Positions 1 through 12,200 of a DNA stretch of 43,256 nt are shown here, piece after piece. The notes beneath the pieces were generated by a model. It was given only the letters and a program-made list of their open reading frames with translations. It was not told the DNA's origin and did no database searches. The stretch comes from a virus (lineage: Duplodnaviria; Caudoviricetes), in IMG/VR virus record IMGVR_UViG_3300046710_000084, positions 1-43,256 of that record; one strand, written 5' to 3'. The translations under genes and the position numbers were made by a program. Each line of letters begins with the position of its first letter. Positions within the stretch are counted from its first letter, which is position 1.

Positions 1-2849
1 CACTCAAGTCCAGCCTTGTTATTGCCGTAGGGTGGAGCATAGATACCCATGTTGCGGAACTGGTAGGGGCCACGGCAGTAGGTGGGTGGAGTAATCTTGC
101 CACTCGCTGGATGTCCAGTGGTCGGCCCGTAAGTGTACTTATTCTCCCTAATCCTGAGTGTTCCAGAGTCAGGGAAAGCTGAGATGCTGTCCAGGGGATT
201 GACAGGGATGCCATCGGCATTCGTGACTGTCTCGCTATTACCAGCGTAGTAGCCCATGATACGCACCCATGGGGCAGCGATGTTTCCGTAGATACCACAG
301 CGCATGGCTACAACACGAGAGGTGAACTGAAAGCCATCTGTCTCTTTCCAGTCATAGCTGACCACAGTCTCAAAATTGTCTGTGGTGTAGTTCCACATGT
401 TCAGGATATACGTGCCATCCTTGTGGATGAACTGCAAGCCCATATTACAATCGCCTGTAGGGTCATCAATGGCAGTGAAGCCTGGAGCGGCGTTCACGAG
501 TTCACGCTCAATCCCACCCCTACATAGGACAATCTCGGCCTTGCTGGTCGTCCTATTATATCTGCCAACGATGTAATCTGAGGCGGTCTCTGCGTGACCT
601 ACAAGCCCACAGGCCGTAGGATAATTGGCGATACCACCAGTGATACTATTCCCAAAGATTGAAGACTGGTTGAAGTTCCATGCATTGTAGGGCTTCTCAG
701 CGAACATGATAAAGGGTCTACCAGTGGATGGGACTTTGAACGTGCCATTGTCTTGTTTTGTCCAACTGGTGTTTGTGTCTGACCAGACCAGGGGAACCTC
801 TACACCATCCAAGAAGTCTACACGTGCTGGACAGAACCACGTGGCATTGGCACAGTGGAATGACAGCCCAACCTTCTTTATCCTGTCTCCAATCACCCAT
901 GCATCAGCATGGTCGCCAGTGTTAGTGATGCTCACGACAATAGGATAGTCTCCAGCCTTGGCAGTTGGGTAAGTATTCGGGAAACGGCGTGTATCTGCTA
1001 TTGTTATAACGGGAGCTTTCTCGTTTCCGTCCTCGTCTTCTACAATAAAGATAAGGTGGATATCATCGTTGTTGTCGCCAGACACAGCATGAGACCAGCC
1101 ATAGATATTGATATTCAAAGTGTTGGCTGTAATCTTGGGGTTCGAGTCCAGGTTCAGGATAGAAGAGATTTCATCCTTATTGATAAATCCAAGGTGATGA
1201 GCACCTGTAGTCTCTTTGTAATCTACACCACCAGAGACAATCAGGTCTACTGGAGTAATGGTCAACCCGCCACCAGTATAGGTATATCCCTCGTGGTTCC
1301 AGAAGTCGATAGAGAACTTCGTGGTAGTCATACTGCCACCAGGGGCAGTATAGAGCTTGCCGCTGTCTTCGGTCATAGGGTCAAACAGGGCAGACTTACC
1401 AAAGAACTCTGCGTAGAATGGCATGGACAATCCGCTCAGACGCCACTGAGACTCATTGATACAGGACACCTTGCAATCACGTGAGCCCAGGTCGATGCCA
1501 TAGTCTGCATCATCAATGATGTACGTTCCATACAGCACGTACTCATCATAAAGGACAGGATTAGCAGGGTCGGCAGGGTCGGCGGTCTTCATGCCTACAT
1601 ACAGTTTCAGTCTAGCAGTTTCGGTAAGGTAGACGCTATTGAAGTACTCTTCCTTGCCAGATACAACCGAGAGATTGAGTTGGTTCAGGCTGCTGTCTGA
1701 GGCTGACAGGATTTGGCTTTCAGACAGGTGGGTATGAATATAATCAGTGCCATTCTTTCCATCAAACACCCACGTGATATCAGCACTGGCATACCTATTG
1801 CAGCTTGAAATAAAGAGCTTCGCATCTCCCACAGTAGCAAGACTACGATAGCCTATGTTGCTGACCAGGGTGAACCTGTCAATCGAAAAGGTCTTCCCAT
1901 CTTCAGTATAAAGGATGAGCGTGTAGGGGTTCTGTCCCTCGTAGGCATCAGTCCTAATGAACTGTCCTGCCATGTAGATTGTGCCATTGTGCTCGTAGAC
2001 GTTGGCAATTCTGAACTCACACTGAGATACTTCGAGCTCAGCAGGAAGAGCAACGTAGATATCGCTCCAGGTGTTGGTGTCATAGTCATAGTAGACCGCT
2101 TCAACATTACCCATGGAGGCGTTGCTCATAAAGCAATAGGTCTTGTTACCAAGTCTGGCAGCACCAGAGAATTGAGCAAGGTCATCATAAGCAGTAAGGT
2201 CACGCTTAGCTGGCTCACCTTCTGCGGGAGTAGGAAGGTCTACCCTCTTCGGGAACATGAAACGGTAAGGAGCTTCAATCGGAGTAGTACCATTCATAAT
2301 AATGGGGCGATAGCCACCATCGTCATAGGTAATCAGAACGGCCTCAGATGTACTCACGGCATGTACGGCATGTACAGGATAGGCTGTGGGTGGGGTCAGT
2401 GTAGCTTCCGCTGCGCTCAGACTTATCGGAGAACCCCAGGTAATACTATACCTTTTGACATCAGAACTGATTACCGCAAAGAGCTTCGAGCCGAATACTC
2501 CAGGCTTAGCACTGGTCGTCAGTGCAAGAGAGGTCTCACTGGCAGAGCCATCTACAACATACTTCAGGGTAGTGCCATCCACAAAGAACGTGACGAGCTT
2601 ACTCAACGTAGCTGAGTAGGCAATCTCCTGCCGAAGTGGATTGTCGATAACTCCTATAGCGTCTGCTACATCTGCTATGGGATTGGCGTCATCAGTCCAG
2701 TCATCGAAGTAGATACGTGAAGGAGCTACCTCAGCCCTCATCAGTAGGTAGTAGCTGTTGGGGATATCAATAGCATTCCGCAGGAAAGCTCCAGTCGGGT
2801 CTATTAGATTTTCTGTCTTATCTACAGCTTGCGTGAAATCCCTTGCCAT
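1..2849 (-). CDS. Large tail protein (tail tip/baseplate hub-like), runs off the window edge, >=949 aa
   Basis: Not in the ORF track because it has no stop inside the window. ATG at 2849 overlaps the upstream TAA (TAATG). My translation MARDFTQAVDKTENLIDPTG... stays open to position 3. Rich in G/T/D/Y and lies after the TMP and Dit-like genes. Confidence 0.7.
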   Translation of the reverse strand, partial: MARDFTQAVDKTENLIDPTGAFLRNAIDIPNSYYLLMRAEVAPSRIYFDDWTDDANPIADVADAIGVIDNPLRQEIAYSATLSKLVTFFVDGTTLKYVVDGSASETSLALTTSAKPGVFGSKLFAVISSDVKRYSITWGSPISLSAAEATLTPPTAYPVHAVHAVSTSEAVLITYDDGGYRPIIMNGTTPIEAPYRFMFPKRVDLPTPAEGEPAKRDLTAYDDLAQFSGAARLGNKTYCFMSNASMGNVEAVYYDYDTNTWSDIYVALPAELEVSQCEFRIANVYEHNGTIYMAGQFIRTDAYEGQNPYTLILYTEDGKTFSIDRFTLVSNIGYRSLATVGDAKLFISSCNRYASADITWVFDGKNGTDYIHTHLSESQILSASDSSLNQLNLSVVSGKEEYFNSVYLTETARLKLYVGMKTADPADPANPVLYDEYVLYGTYIIDDADYGIDLGSRDCKVSCINESQWRLSGLSMPFYAEFFGKSALFDPMTEDSGKLYTAPGGSMTTTKFSIDFWNHEGYTYTGGGLTITPVDLIVSGGVDYKETTGAHHLGFINKDEISSILNLDSNPKITANTLNINIYGWSHAVSGDNNDDIHLIFIVEDEDGNEKAPVITIADTRRFPNTYPTAKAGDYPIVVSITNTGDHADAWVIGDRIKKVGLSFHCANATWFCPARVDFLDGVEVPLVWSDTNTSWTKQDNGTFKVPSTGRPFIMFAEKPYNAWNFNQSSIFGNSITGGIANYPTACGLVGHAETASDYIVGRYNRTTSKAEIVLCRGGIERELVNAAPGFTAIDDPTGDCNMGLQFIHKDGTYILNMWNYTTDNFETVVSYDWKETDGFQFTSRVVAMRCGIYGNIAAPWVRIMGYYAGNSETVTNADGIPVNPLDSISAFPDSGTLRIRENKYTYGPTTGHPASGKITPPTYCRGPYQFRNMGIYAPPYGNNKAGLE

Positions 2850-3274
2850 TATGAGCCCTCGTTATCCCTGATGTACTGTAGGTTTATCTGTACGATATGC
2901 CATGCGTTTGAACCCTCAAGCATGGTTGTGAGTGGTGTCGGTTCCAAAGAGCCAGTGAAGAAGCAATCAAACTTACTGCCATAGTGGTCAGTAAGAGTAA
3001 TCACGTCAGAGGGAACTGCGTTAGGATTTGTCAATCTCCAGAGTGTCCTTAGGTCTGTCATGTCTCCATAGTCGTTACCCTGGTCGTCCTCAGGAACACG
3101 CAGGACGTACATGAATGCCCTGAGGATTGGGCCAGAGGCTTTGTCTGGAGTGCCATCTACGGCGAACCTGAGACTATCTGTACGTGGTTCGGGAACCTTC
3201 AGGTCAATCGCCTTGAACCACTTTATCAGAGAACCGTTGCTATTCTCAAGGACGATATACTTATTTGTAGCCAT
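2849..3274 (-). CDS. Distal tail (Dit)-like / minor tail protein, 141 aa
   Basis: Directly after the TMP-slot gene with TAATG coupling at both ends. Size and position are typical of Dit-like genes; function is inferred from synteny. Confidence 0.55.
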   Translation of the reverse strand: MATNKYIVLENSNGSLIKWFKAIDLKVPEPRTDSLRFAVDGTPDKASGPILRAFMYVLRVPEDDQGNDYGDMTDLRTLWRLTNPNAVPSDVITLTDHYGSKFDCFFTGSLEPTPLTTMLEGSNAWHIVQINLQYIRDNEGS

Positions 3275-6200
3275 TACAGTTCCTCCTCCACAGCTTTGAC
3301 GACATAGCGCTTGAGCTCTTCGTTGCCGATGTTGACGATAATCAAGGCTGGCTCACGTTCTCTCCTATCAGATGCGACAGTAGATTTCATGCTTGTTGAG
3401 TCCCATGGCTTGTAGGGAGTAATCTTGCCGTTGACGTTTGGAACGAACCATTCTGGCTTACCATGCTCACCAACCACTTGAGGCTCTCCAGCACCTATCG
3501 GGCTGCCAGTAGCAGACATGTGAACTTGTTGGATATGAGCATTCAATTGTGACGCTGGCCCTGTCCAGTCACTAGCAATTGGACAAGTGACATTGGGGTC
3601 ATTACCAGAAGGAGGATTGCCACCAGACTGTGGTGTACCACCGAGAAGAGCTACCCACTCCTTGAGCTTGGTGTCCCAAAGGGTAACAAAGTCTACACCA
3701 TTCTTCTGGATATCCTCAGTCATGGTCTGCTGTTCGAGCATGGTGGCACTGATGCCAGCTTGCAGGGTAGCATAGTCGGCTGCGTCCTGAGCTTGTTTAG
3801 CCTGAATGCCTACCATCTGTTTCTGGAGTTCCCACTGCTCACGCTGATACTCACGCTGAAGGTCACGTAGCTGAGTCTCCAATACTACACGTTGCTCGAA
3901 GAACTCTTTTTGCTTGGCGATGCCTTCCTCTTGGAACTTTTGATTTTCCATGAACTGTTGCTTCTGAAGGTCAAAGCGTTCATCCTCAAGAGCCCACATT
4001 TCTTCCTGGCGCTTGCGGTTCTTATCAATCTGGTCGCCTTCCTGGTCATGGGTAATCGTAGCACGAGACATCTGGCGCTCAGCCAATCGGCGGTCACGCC
4101 CTGTCATAAAGCGTACATTCTCCTGGAAGTCTTCGACTTGCCAACCCCACTGCTGGTTACGCTGCTGGTCTTGAGTAACCCAATCCTGGCGTGTCCAGCC
4201 ACGCTGCATATTCATCTGCGTCTGCTGCATACCCCAATTTTGCTGAGCTTGCTGCTGCTGCATCTGGAGACCTTGCTCCTGACGCTGGAAGCCCCATCGC
4301 TGTTGCTCGTATCCAAGGTTCGTCGTCTGGTCTTGGATGCCCCACATCTGAGGCGTGTATTTCATAGCGAGAGCTAACTGAGCCGCAGAGTTGCCAGCAT
4401 AGGCAGCTTGGTTCTCTGCCTGTTGTACCATAAGATAGTTCTGAGCACCCTGGAGACCAGCCATCGCAAAGTTAGTGCCAGGAACCTGATAGCCTTGCGA
4501 GAATGCCTGACCTACCCCGCCCTTCCAGTTCATAGATGAACCGAGGTTCTGTTGTAGCATCCCAAATAGTGGGTGTGATGCACCAGACACAGTGAAGGCT
4601 GGAGCGTTGAGAGGCATTCCTGCCATCCCCATCGGAGCATTCGGCCCCCAAATATCACGGCTTGCCATAAACCCTGGTATCTGAGTTTCAGTTCCAGGGA
4701 TGTTCAAGCCATTGGCTACGCCCTGAGTAAGGGCATAGGGCTCGAATTGAGCTATACCCTGTATCATGTTCTTATAGTAATCGTTATAGGGTGTACCCAT
4801 TGGCGTTACCCTGGCTTCTGGCATACCACTAGCTACCTCAGCTTGCCAGTTTAGCATAGAGAGAACATCTGCCTTCTGCGGCTCTCGTAGAGACCATCCC
4901 ATCGCCATCTGTTCGGCGGCGGCAGCACCCCACTGAGTCTCCTTCGCAAACCTTGTGATTTGCTGCGGAGTTCTATTTGCCTGTAGATATTCCATCTGAG
5001 GCTGAGCGACACTATAGGGTACTCCCTGCTGCATAAGCATTTCTCTGGCAGCGAGCAATTGGTCTTGAGAACCCTGCTGTATAATTCTCTCTGATGGAAC
5101 CATTGACTCCATCTGAGCTCTATAGTCCTGATAATATTGTTCTGTCTTTCCAGGTACTAGGGAGCGCTGCATAGCAACCGACTTAGCTAAGTCAGACATT
5201 TCATCCAGCATCTTCTGGAGCTCACCGACACTTTTCCCGCTGAGACCCTGCTGAGTAGTCCATGCTTCAGTGTCAGTCCTGCCAAGATAGTTAGACTGGA
5301 TTGCGCCAATCTGGTTGACCAGTTGGCTTACATTCTCGGCTTTCTGAGACCTGATTGCCTCTATCCCTAACTCTTCCTGAGTGGGGGTATGTGTTAGCAT
5401 AGCAGCGTTTGGCTGCTGGACATTCCACCCGAACTGCTTTTGCTGTTGCCACTGCTGCATTTGGTTCGTGAAAACTCCAGCCTGTGGTGTGCCAGCATAC
5501 TGACCAAGGGTAGATGTATAGTTCTGTAATTGAGTCCAGTCCATGCCCTGAGTTGCATAGGTAGCGGCAGTACCCATTTGCTGAAGTACACCCTGTCCAG
5601 CCTCAAGATACTTGGACATCGTTGGCGTCATCGTTCCCATTGACTGAAGGAAGGCTTGACCTAGTTGTCCACCACCATATTGAGCTCCGTAGCCCCTACC
5701 AGTCAACGTCATAATATTTGACATCACCTCAGGTGACATACCAGTCTGCTGCATGTAGGCGGCTACCTTGGAGTACTGGTCTTGAGCAATGCCAGTGGAA
5801 GCGCCAAAGGAGTAAGCCTTCGCCACGGCCTCAGGAGAGAGCTCTGGATTTTCCTGAAGAATAAGGCGCATCGCTCTGATGTTGGCTTTGTTCGCTTCCT
5901 CTGCTGTAAGTTTGCCACCATGCATCGTACCAAGTTGAGAGACCATCGAAGCTGGTGTAGCACCACGGCCCATAAGGAAACCAACTTCTTGGTATCCCTG
6001 AGTAGCCTCTTTGGTTCCAGATGGATTTAGTATTTGAGCTATAGTGTCAGTAAGACTAAATATCTGACCTATTGCCTCGCCAGGAGTAGACCCAATCCTC
6101 GAAGCATAGGCCATTCTCTGACCTACAGGTTCAGGGTTCTGAGCTTTCTGAGCACCTGTTCCGATTAGAGATGCTGCCGCCAAAACTCCACCAATCGCTG

Positions 6201-9200
6201 GAGCGTACTTGGATAGCATAGAGTCTTTACCACCAAGGCTACCAATCCAGGCTGCATACCCAAAGCCACCAAGACCAGCTACGGCTGTATTGTAAACATC
6301 CGATAGCCCAGGTGTGGTTTGAGCAAATGTCTGAAGACCTGGAAGTCCCTGAACTTCACTGCCATACAGAGCCTTTAGGTTCTGTATACGTTGTGCCTGA
6401 TTGTATGGCATGTATGGTGTGCCAGACATCTGTCCTGCTGCCCCGCCAAAGACACCCTCTAGCTGAGCAGCCTCAGCGCCACTATAGGTCATGCCTCCAG
6501 TGGCTAAACCGAACATACGACCAGCGAACATCATACCCCATCCACCAAGAGCCTTGCGAGCCATGCCCCCAAAGCCAGCCAGTCCCCTTGGTTGTGCTTC
6601 TCCTGGTAGTACACCAGCCAATTCTTCATTTCTAGCAGCTTCAAATTTTGCTAGGTCTTCCGCTTGCTTGATGCCACGAGGAACAATACCAGCTATCCTC
6701 TCTAGCTGTCCTGTGGCATTTCGCTGAAGAAGACCAGCTTCCTCAAGAGGCCCACCCACCTTCTCGGTCTTTATCTGCGCCGATATCTGAGAGCCTTCTT
6801 TGACAAGTCGAGTCTCCTCGTTCTTGGCAGTGTTGTAATCTATGGAGCCCTTCCTTAGGGCTTCCATATTGTCGTATAACTTCTGAGATATTGTTGAAAG
6901 TTTCTCGAAGTGAGCAGCGAGAACTGACCCCATAGGAGCGCCAGCGGTATCTTTGGTCTTCGTGACCTCGAAGGCTTTGGATGCAGTGATTAGAGGTACT
7001 CCAGCCTGACCCTCTTGTGTTGATGTGTCACGCACCTGACGTGCCAAATCTATAACTTGGCTTCGCTGTGCCGCTGGTAATTTGTCGAAGGCTATTTGAC
7101 TTTCGTTCTTGATGACCTGTCCAGCAAGTCTGTACATCTCGTGCAACTGCTGTCCTGGCTTCTGGAAACCACCAAATTTCTTGGTTATATCCTCGGAGCT
7201 CATATTAGCCAATGCCGCAGATGCTTCAGCTACAGTGGTAACTGAGGTTCCAGTAACAGCGCCTAGCTTTGCAAATAGAGCCTGATTAGCTGCATAAACT
7301 CCCCTATTCAGGTCTGGAGCGCCAGAACTCGTCTGTGGGAAGAATTGGTTGTACTGCTGTAAGAACCTGTTAGCTTGAGCGGTTGGGTCAACCTGTCCAG
7401 GCTTGGGAGCCAAAGGAACTCCACCACTTGGAGCAACAGGAGCACCAGTTGTGCCACCAGGGGCTACAGGGGTTCCAGCCGTAGGAGCGCCACTTCCAGT
7501 GGGAGGAGCGTATCTTCCAACCTGATTGACAAAATTGCTATTGTCAAGTCGTTTGTTTATCAGTTGCTCCATACGTGCCTTGCCAAGAAGAGTCGGAGCC
7601 TGACGTTGTTCTCCAGCCAGACGAGCTAACTCTTCTGCATCTTTTTGAGTATAGCCACCAAGAACTGGAGTGGTGGGTATGGCAGTGGGAACAGTGGTAG
7701 CGGCTGGAGGGGTAGCGGCGGGAGGTTGCACTGGAATAGTGGCCTGTTGACTCAGAGGCGTCTGAGCTTGAGTAGTACCACTAGTAGTACCAGTTGCTCC
7801 AGGCATAGGTGGCATAAATGGCATTCCTGCAAATGCAGAGCCCATACCAGACTGGATGACAGAGGGGCCTGTAGCCTGTGTCTGTGTCAAGTCCTGGTAA
7901 GCGCCTACACCAATCGAGCGTAGGGCTTTGTAGGCAGCACCCGCAGTATCCATCATCGCTCTCACATGAGAGAGAGGTTGTCCTGCCGCCTGTAATTGCT
8001 TCTGACGTTGTTCCCAATAAGCTGGAGCGGCTGCGGCGATGTCCCACATCTTGGCAAGCGACCTTGGTCTGGCAGCCAGCACATCTCTTGAGCCAGCGGC
8101 TATCTGCTGTGTAAGCTCATCGTGCTGTGTAGGGTTAGAGACATACGAAGTGGTAATCCCTGCGCCCCAATATCCAGGCTGATGTTGCTCTTCAATCATA
8201 CCCTGAATAGCTCCGACATCGGCGTTAGCGCCCTTCTCGATTTCAGTAGCCAATGGACTACCAGCCTGAACGAATGTCGGACGAGAACCAAAGCGACCAG
8301 CCAATAAGTTCTCTTGTGCTTCTTTATATTCAGCCTCGGTCTCAAAGCGTGAGCGCAGTGGTTGGAGTATCCGCTCAGCGGCAGCTTCACCTTCTTTACC
8401 ACCCCTGGCAACATCCTTCAGGTTTTCTTCAATTGTCCAGGGAGTAACACGTGACTGTAGCTTGGCTGCTGGTAGACGCTCTTTGATGATTTGCTCTCGT
8501 GTAATACCAGCGCTTACGTGCTTGAGTTCCTCGAATTGCATGAAGGACTCTTGCCCAGGTCTACGTACATTGTGTACAAAGTCTTCGGTTGCAGACACAA
8601 TGGTTTCATGCTGCTGACCAGAGAGTTTACCTCTCCATGTGAACGGAGAAGACCAGGGGAACGCAGGATTGCTGGCTTCCACACTTTCGAGTCTACCAGT
8701 GTCTTCGTTATAGCGCATGGGATTGACACTCTTCCATCCAGCCTTTTCTCCCATGATAGCTCCAAGTCGAGCCTCCATGATAGTGCCAGCTTCTAGGTAC
8801 TTATTCCCCTCAGATGGGAAAAGCATATTGGACAGCTTGAATGGATTTTGATATCCAAGGAACTTTCCAACAGAATAAACATTGGATGCAAGTAGGGACT
8901 GTTCACGATACTCTTGGCGAGGCCTCTTACCCAATGTGGTGTTAGTCTCGTATTTGGGGCCGACTCCAGCCAGGGCTGGAACTTCGTGACCACGTATCTC
9001 TACAGGCATATCTGCTACCTGTTCGTACATCGTGCCGAGCTCAGAGGTCAGCCCCATCTTACCAAAGCCCAATAGGTTCTGGATGTTACCCAATCCCCAT
9101 GCAAGAGTATTATTGACACCCCTACCAAGGTTCTGAGCTCCACGCATGAACTTCATAGCTGTATCAGCAGGGAATAATTTACCCTTCATCATATTGAAGA

Positions 9201-12200
9201 GTGGTTGCTGAAGAGCGGCATTCTGCATGAGTAATTGCCCTTCTTCAGTCTGAGCAAATGCATCTGGAGGTTGCCACCCAGGTTCATTGAGAGCCTTCGA
9301 TGCTACAGCCTTGCCGAACATAGCTCCGAGGATAGGCATATTGAACATCTTGAGGCGGTTTTCGTCCTGAGCGTAATTGGCCCTGAACCAATCCATACCA
9401 GCATCACGCATCGCCTGAGCCTTCTCGACTATCGTTCCCTTGCCCTGATAAGGGCCAGTGAGTGCCTCTTGTAGACTTGTCTGCTCATAGTACTGGCGCT
9501 CCATCTCCAAATTCGGAGTACCAGCGTTCCTGGCAGCCTGTATGTCTCTCCACATATTCACATCGAGTGGATTACGCCCTGATGCTGGAACAAACGCTCG
9601 TGAGCCTTCAGGAGAGAAGTCGCTTGCCAGAAGTTCTGGAGTTGGTAAGAACTGCTTGCCCAATAAGTTGCTTGGCTGGATGGCAGAGTAGAGCATGTTC
9701 TGAGTAGTCTGCATGATACTCGCCTTGTCCAGGCGGTTATTCTGAGCAGCCTTACTCGTCCAGTTTATATCGTTCTTGTCATTCGTCAAACCCCATCCCA
9801 TGCCAAGGGTTCCAACGCCACCGCTAGTACCTGTTGACAAGAAAGACTTTTGGTACATCTCCACCAGTGGTGTTGGGTTCTTGGCTAAGATATCCAAGAA
9901 TGGCTGGTATAGCTGAGCACGAGTGCGGCGAGCTTGCATGATTTGTTCAGTCGTCCATCCACTGACGGATTGCTGAGCTTCTCTTGCCCTAGTGTAGTTA
10001 TAAGTACTACCCATCATGGTCTTTGAGCCCGACCATGTTTGTAGGCTTTCCTTGAGCATCTGGTATGGATATAGGCCAGCTTTGTCGTACTGTGTACCCA
10101 TCAGCTTAGCTATGGCAGCCATGCCACCAGAGCCAGTCTTTAGAATGTTCTGATAGAGCGGGTCAAATTGCTCACTCATGCCAGAGGGAAATAGTCCCTC
10201 AAGTATCTTGCGATAAGGGACACCAGCGACCTCTCGAAGACCAGTCTCAACGCTTGGTCTGAGCTCGCCCTTTCTGGTGAATGCCCCAAACTGTACGGAC
10301 AAATTTCCACTCTTCCCACGGCGAGCACTTGTGATGCCCATCGCAGCCCACAACTGGTCTAAGTCAAAGTCGCCACCAAGAATGGAGGATAGTCCAGCCC
10401 CAATACGAAAGACGGAGTTGGACATACCACTTGCAATAGGCACTGCCGAGCCCCTACGTTCTAGCTGTTGACTTGTGACAAGGTTGCCAAAGAACGCAGA
10501 GCCCTTACCTTCTAGCAGAGGCCATCTACCGCCAGAGATAGGAAGCCCCATCTCTTTGACGTATTGCTTCACTGCTGAGGGCATCCGTATCTTGGAGTTC
10601 TTACCCTGGATAGCGTTCCACATCTGGTTTACGTCTTCTTCAGTTGGTTCAACACCAATGCCAGTAAGACCATGACGAATAGATGCTCTGGCGAGCTCTT
10701 CAGGAACATAGACCTCGTTCTGTTTCAAGCCCTGCCAGTATGAATAACGAGCGTTTGTGATAGGCACATCGCTTCCGAACAGTGCTTTATTGCCTTCGGT
10801 CTTCACGCCCTCGGAGAGTCCAAACCTCTTAGCGAGGTAGTTATATATCTTATTCCCACCAGACATGACAGCATCGGGGTCATGGTAAGTAGAACCCTCA
10901 ATGCCCTGGCGAATAGCACCCTGAGCCATGTTCCATAATCGGGTCTTATCTTCTCCAGTGACACTCTCTTCTGCCTGAGTACGAATGGCATGAGTGGATG
11001 GTAGGTAGTACCCTGGCGCTGTCTCAAAAGCAAGAGGTCTGGTCTTCAGGGTATCAGGTTCTACATTCGGGAAGTATTCCTGAAGTTTAGACTCGAAGGC
11101 TGTCAATCCCGCAAGGGTCGAACCACTCCTACCAAGGGATGACATCAAGCCCACGTCCGATGACATCTTGCTCGCCATCTGCTCAGTGATGGTTGTAGAC
11201 TCTGGTATTTCAAAGCCTGAGGTTCCTCTTGCCCTATCTACCATGGATAGAGCGGTCAATTGAGCCGCTCCCCATCGTGCAGGGTTCCTCATCTCGTGTA
11301 TCTTCTGAGCCTCAAGCCCACGTGACAAATTACCAGCAGCTTCAGTATCAAGAGTGGACAGTCCAAGAGCAGCAGCGTAGTCAGGAGCCTTGGCTGTAAG
11401 TAGTCCAGCGATTTCAGCATTAGCTCTACCACCACCGCTCCACTCTAGGCCAGCACTGGATATACCTGTAACCGCAAAGCCAGGGATACCATGCGTCCTC
11501 ATCCTCTGACCATTCTCGGCTTGCGCTGCAAAGCCAAATTGTTTCTGAAATGCAGCTTCAGACTCAGCAGCACCCATGTTGGGATTGGCAAGCTGATAGG
11601 GAGATAGAAGGGTCTGATACTCTTGCTCTTCATACATCCTGGATACCTGGGTGGTCATGTCCGAACCCACAAAGCCTGTGCCATATCTCCTCAGATTTGT
11701 AAGGTTCTGAGGAGACTGAGCCATGGTGTTGAGTTCAGTCTCAGACATCTGAGAAAGTTGCTGAGTAGTTCTACCACCAAGAAAGATGCGCTGTAGGATA
11801 TCTCTACCAACCTCATGCGCTGGTAGTCCCATAAGTTCACTCATGCGGTCAATATCAAGACGAGCCGCAGGGTTCTGAGCCCTGGCTGTTCTGGTCTCTC
11901 CAAGCACTGTAGTAACACCCTCGTACTGTTGTGCAAGAGCCTGAGCCTCTGCACCAGTCTTCTGAAGCTCAGATAATCTGAGGTCTTCAGCGTACTGAGA
12001 GAGTAGTCTCTCTTGTCGAGTGGCATTCAATCCACCGAGGGAAGTAATCATCTTCTCTGGTAATGACTTTATTTCAATGGACGTTGTAGTGATGGGAATA
12101 GGCGACTTTGTGCCAACGTTGATTACTGGTCTGCCAGCTTCTTCGGTAAGACCAATCTTCTCGCCTTCTCCAGCCCACTTAGCGTTTACGTCAACAAATG

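Noticed and set aside
706-2619. Plus-strand ORFs (706..948, 909..1484, 1989..2615, 2386..2619)
   Set aside because: Shadows of the long minus-strand tail gene (1..2849), which the track missed because it has no stop in the window.
8440-9000. Cas4 assignment for the nuclease-like domain
   Set aside because: No Fe-S cysteine cluster and no CRISPR array or cas genes; motif order fits YqaJ better.
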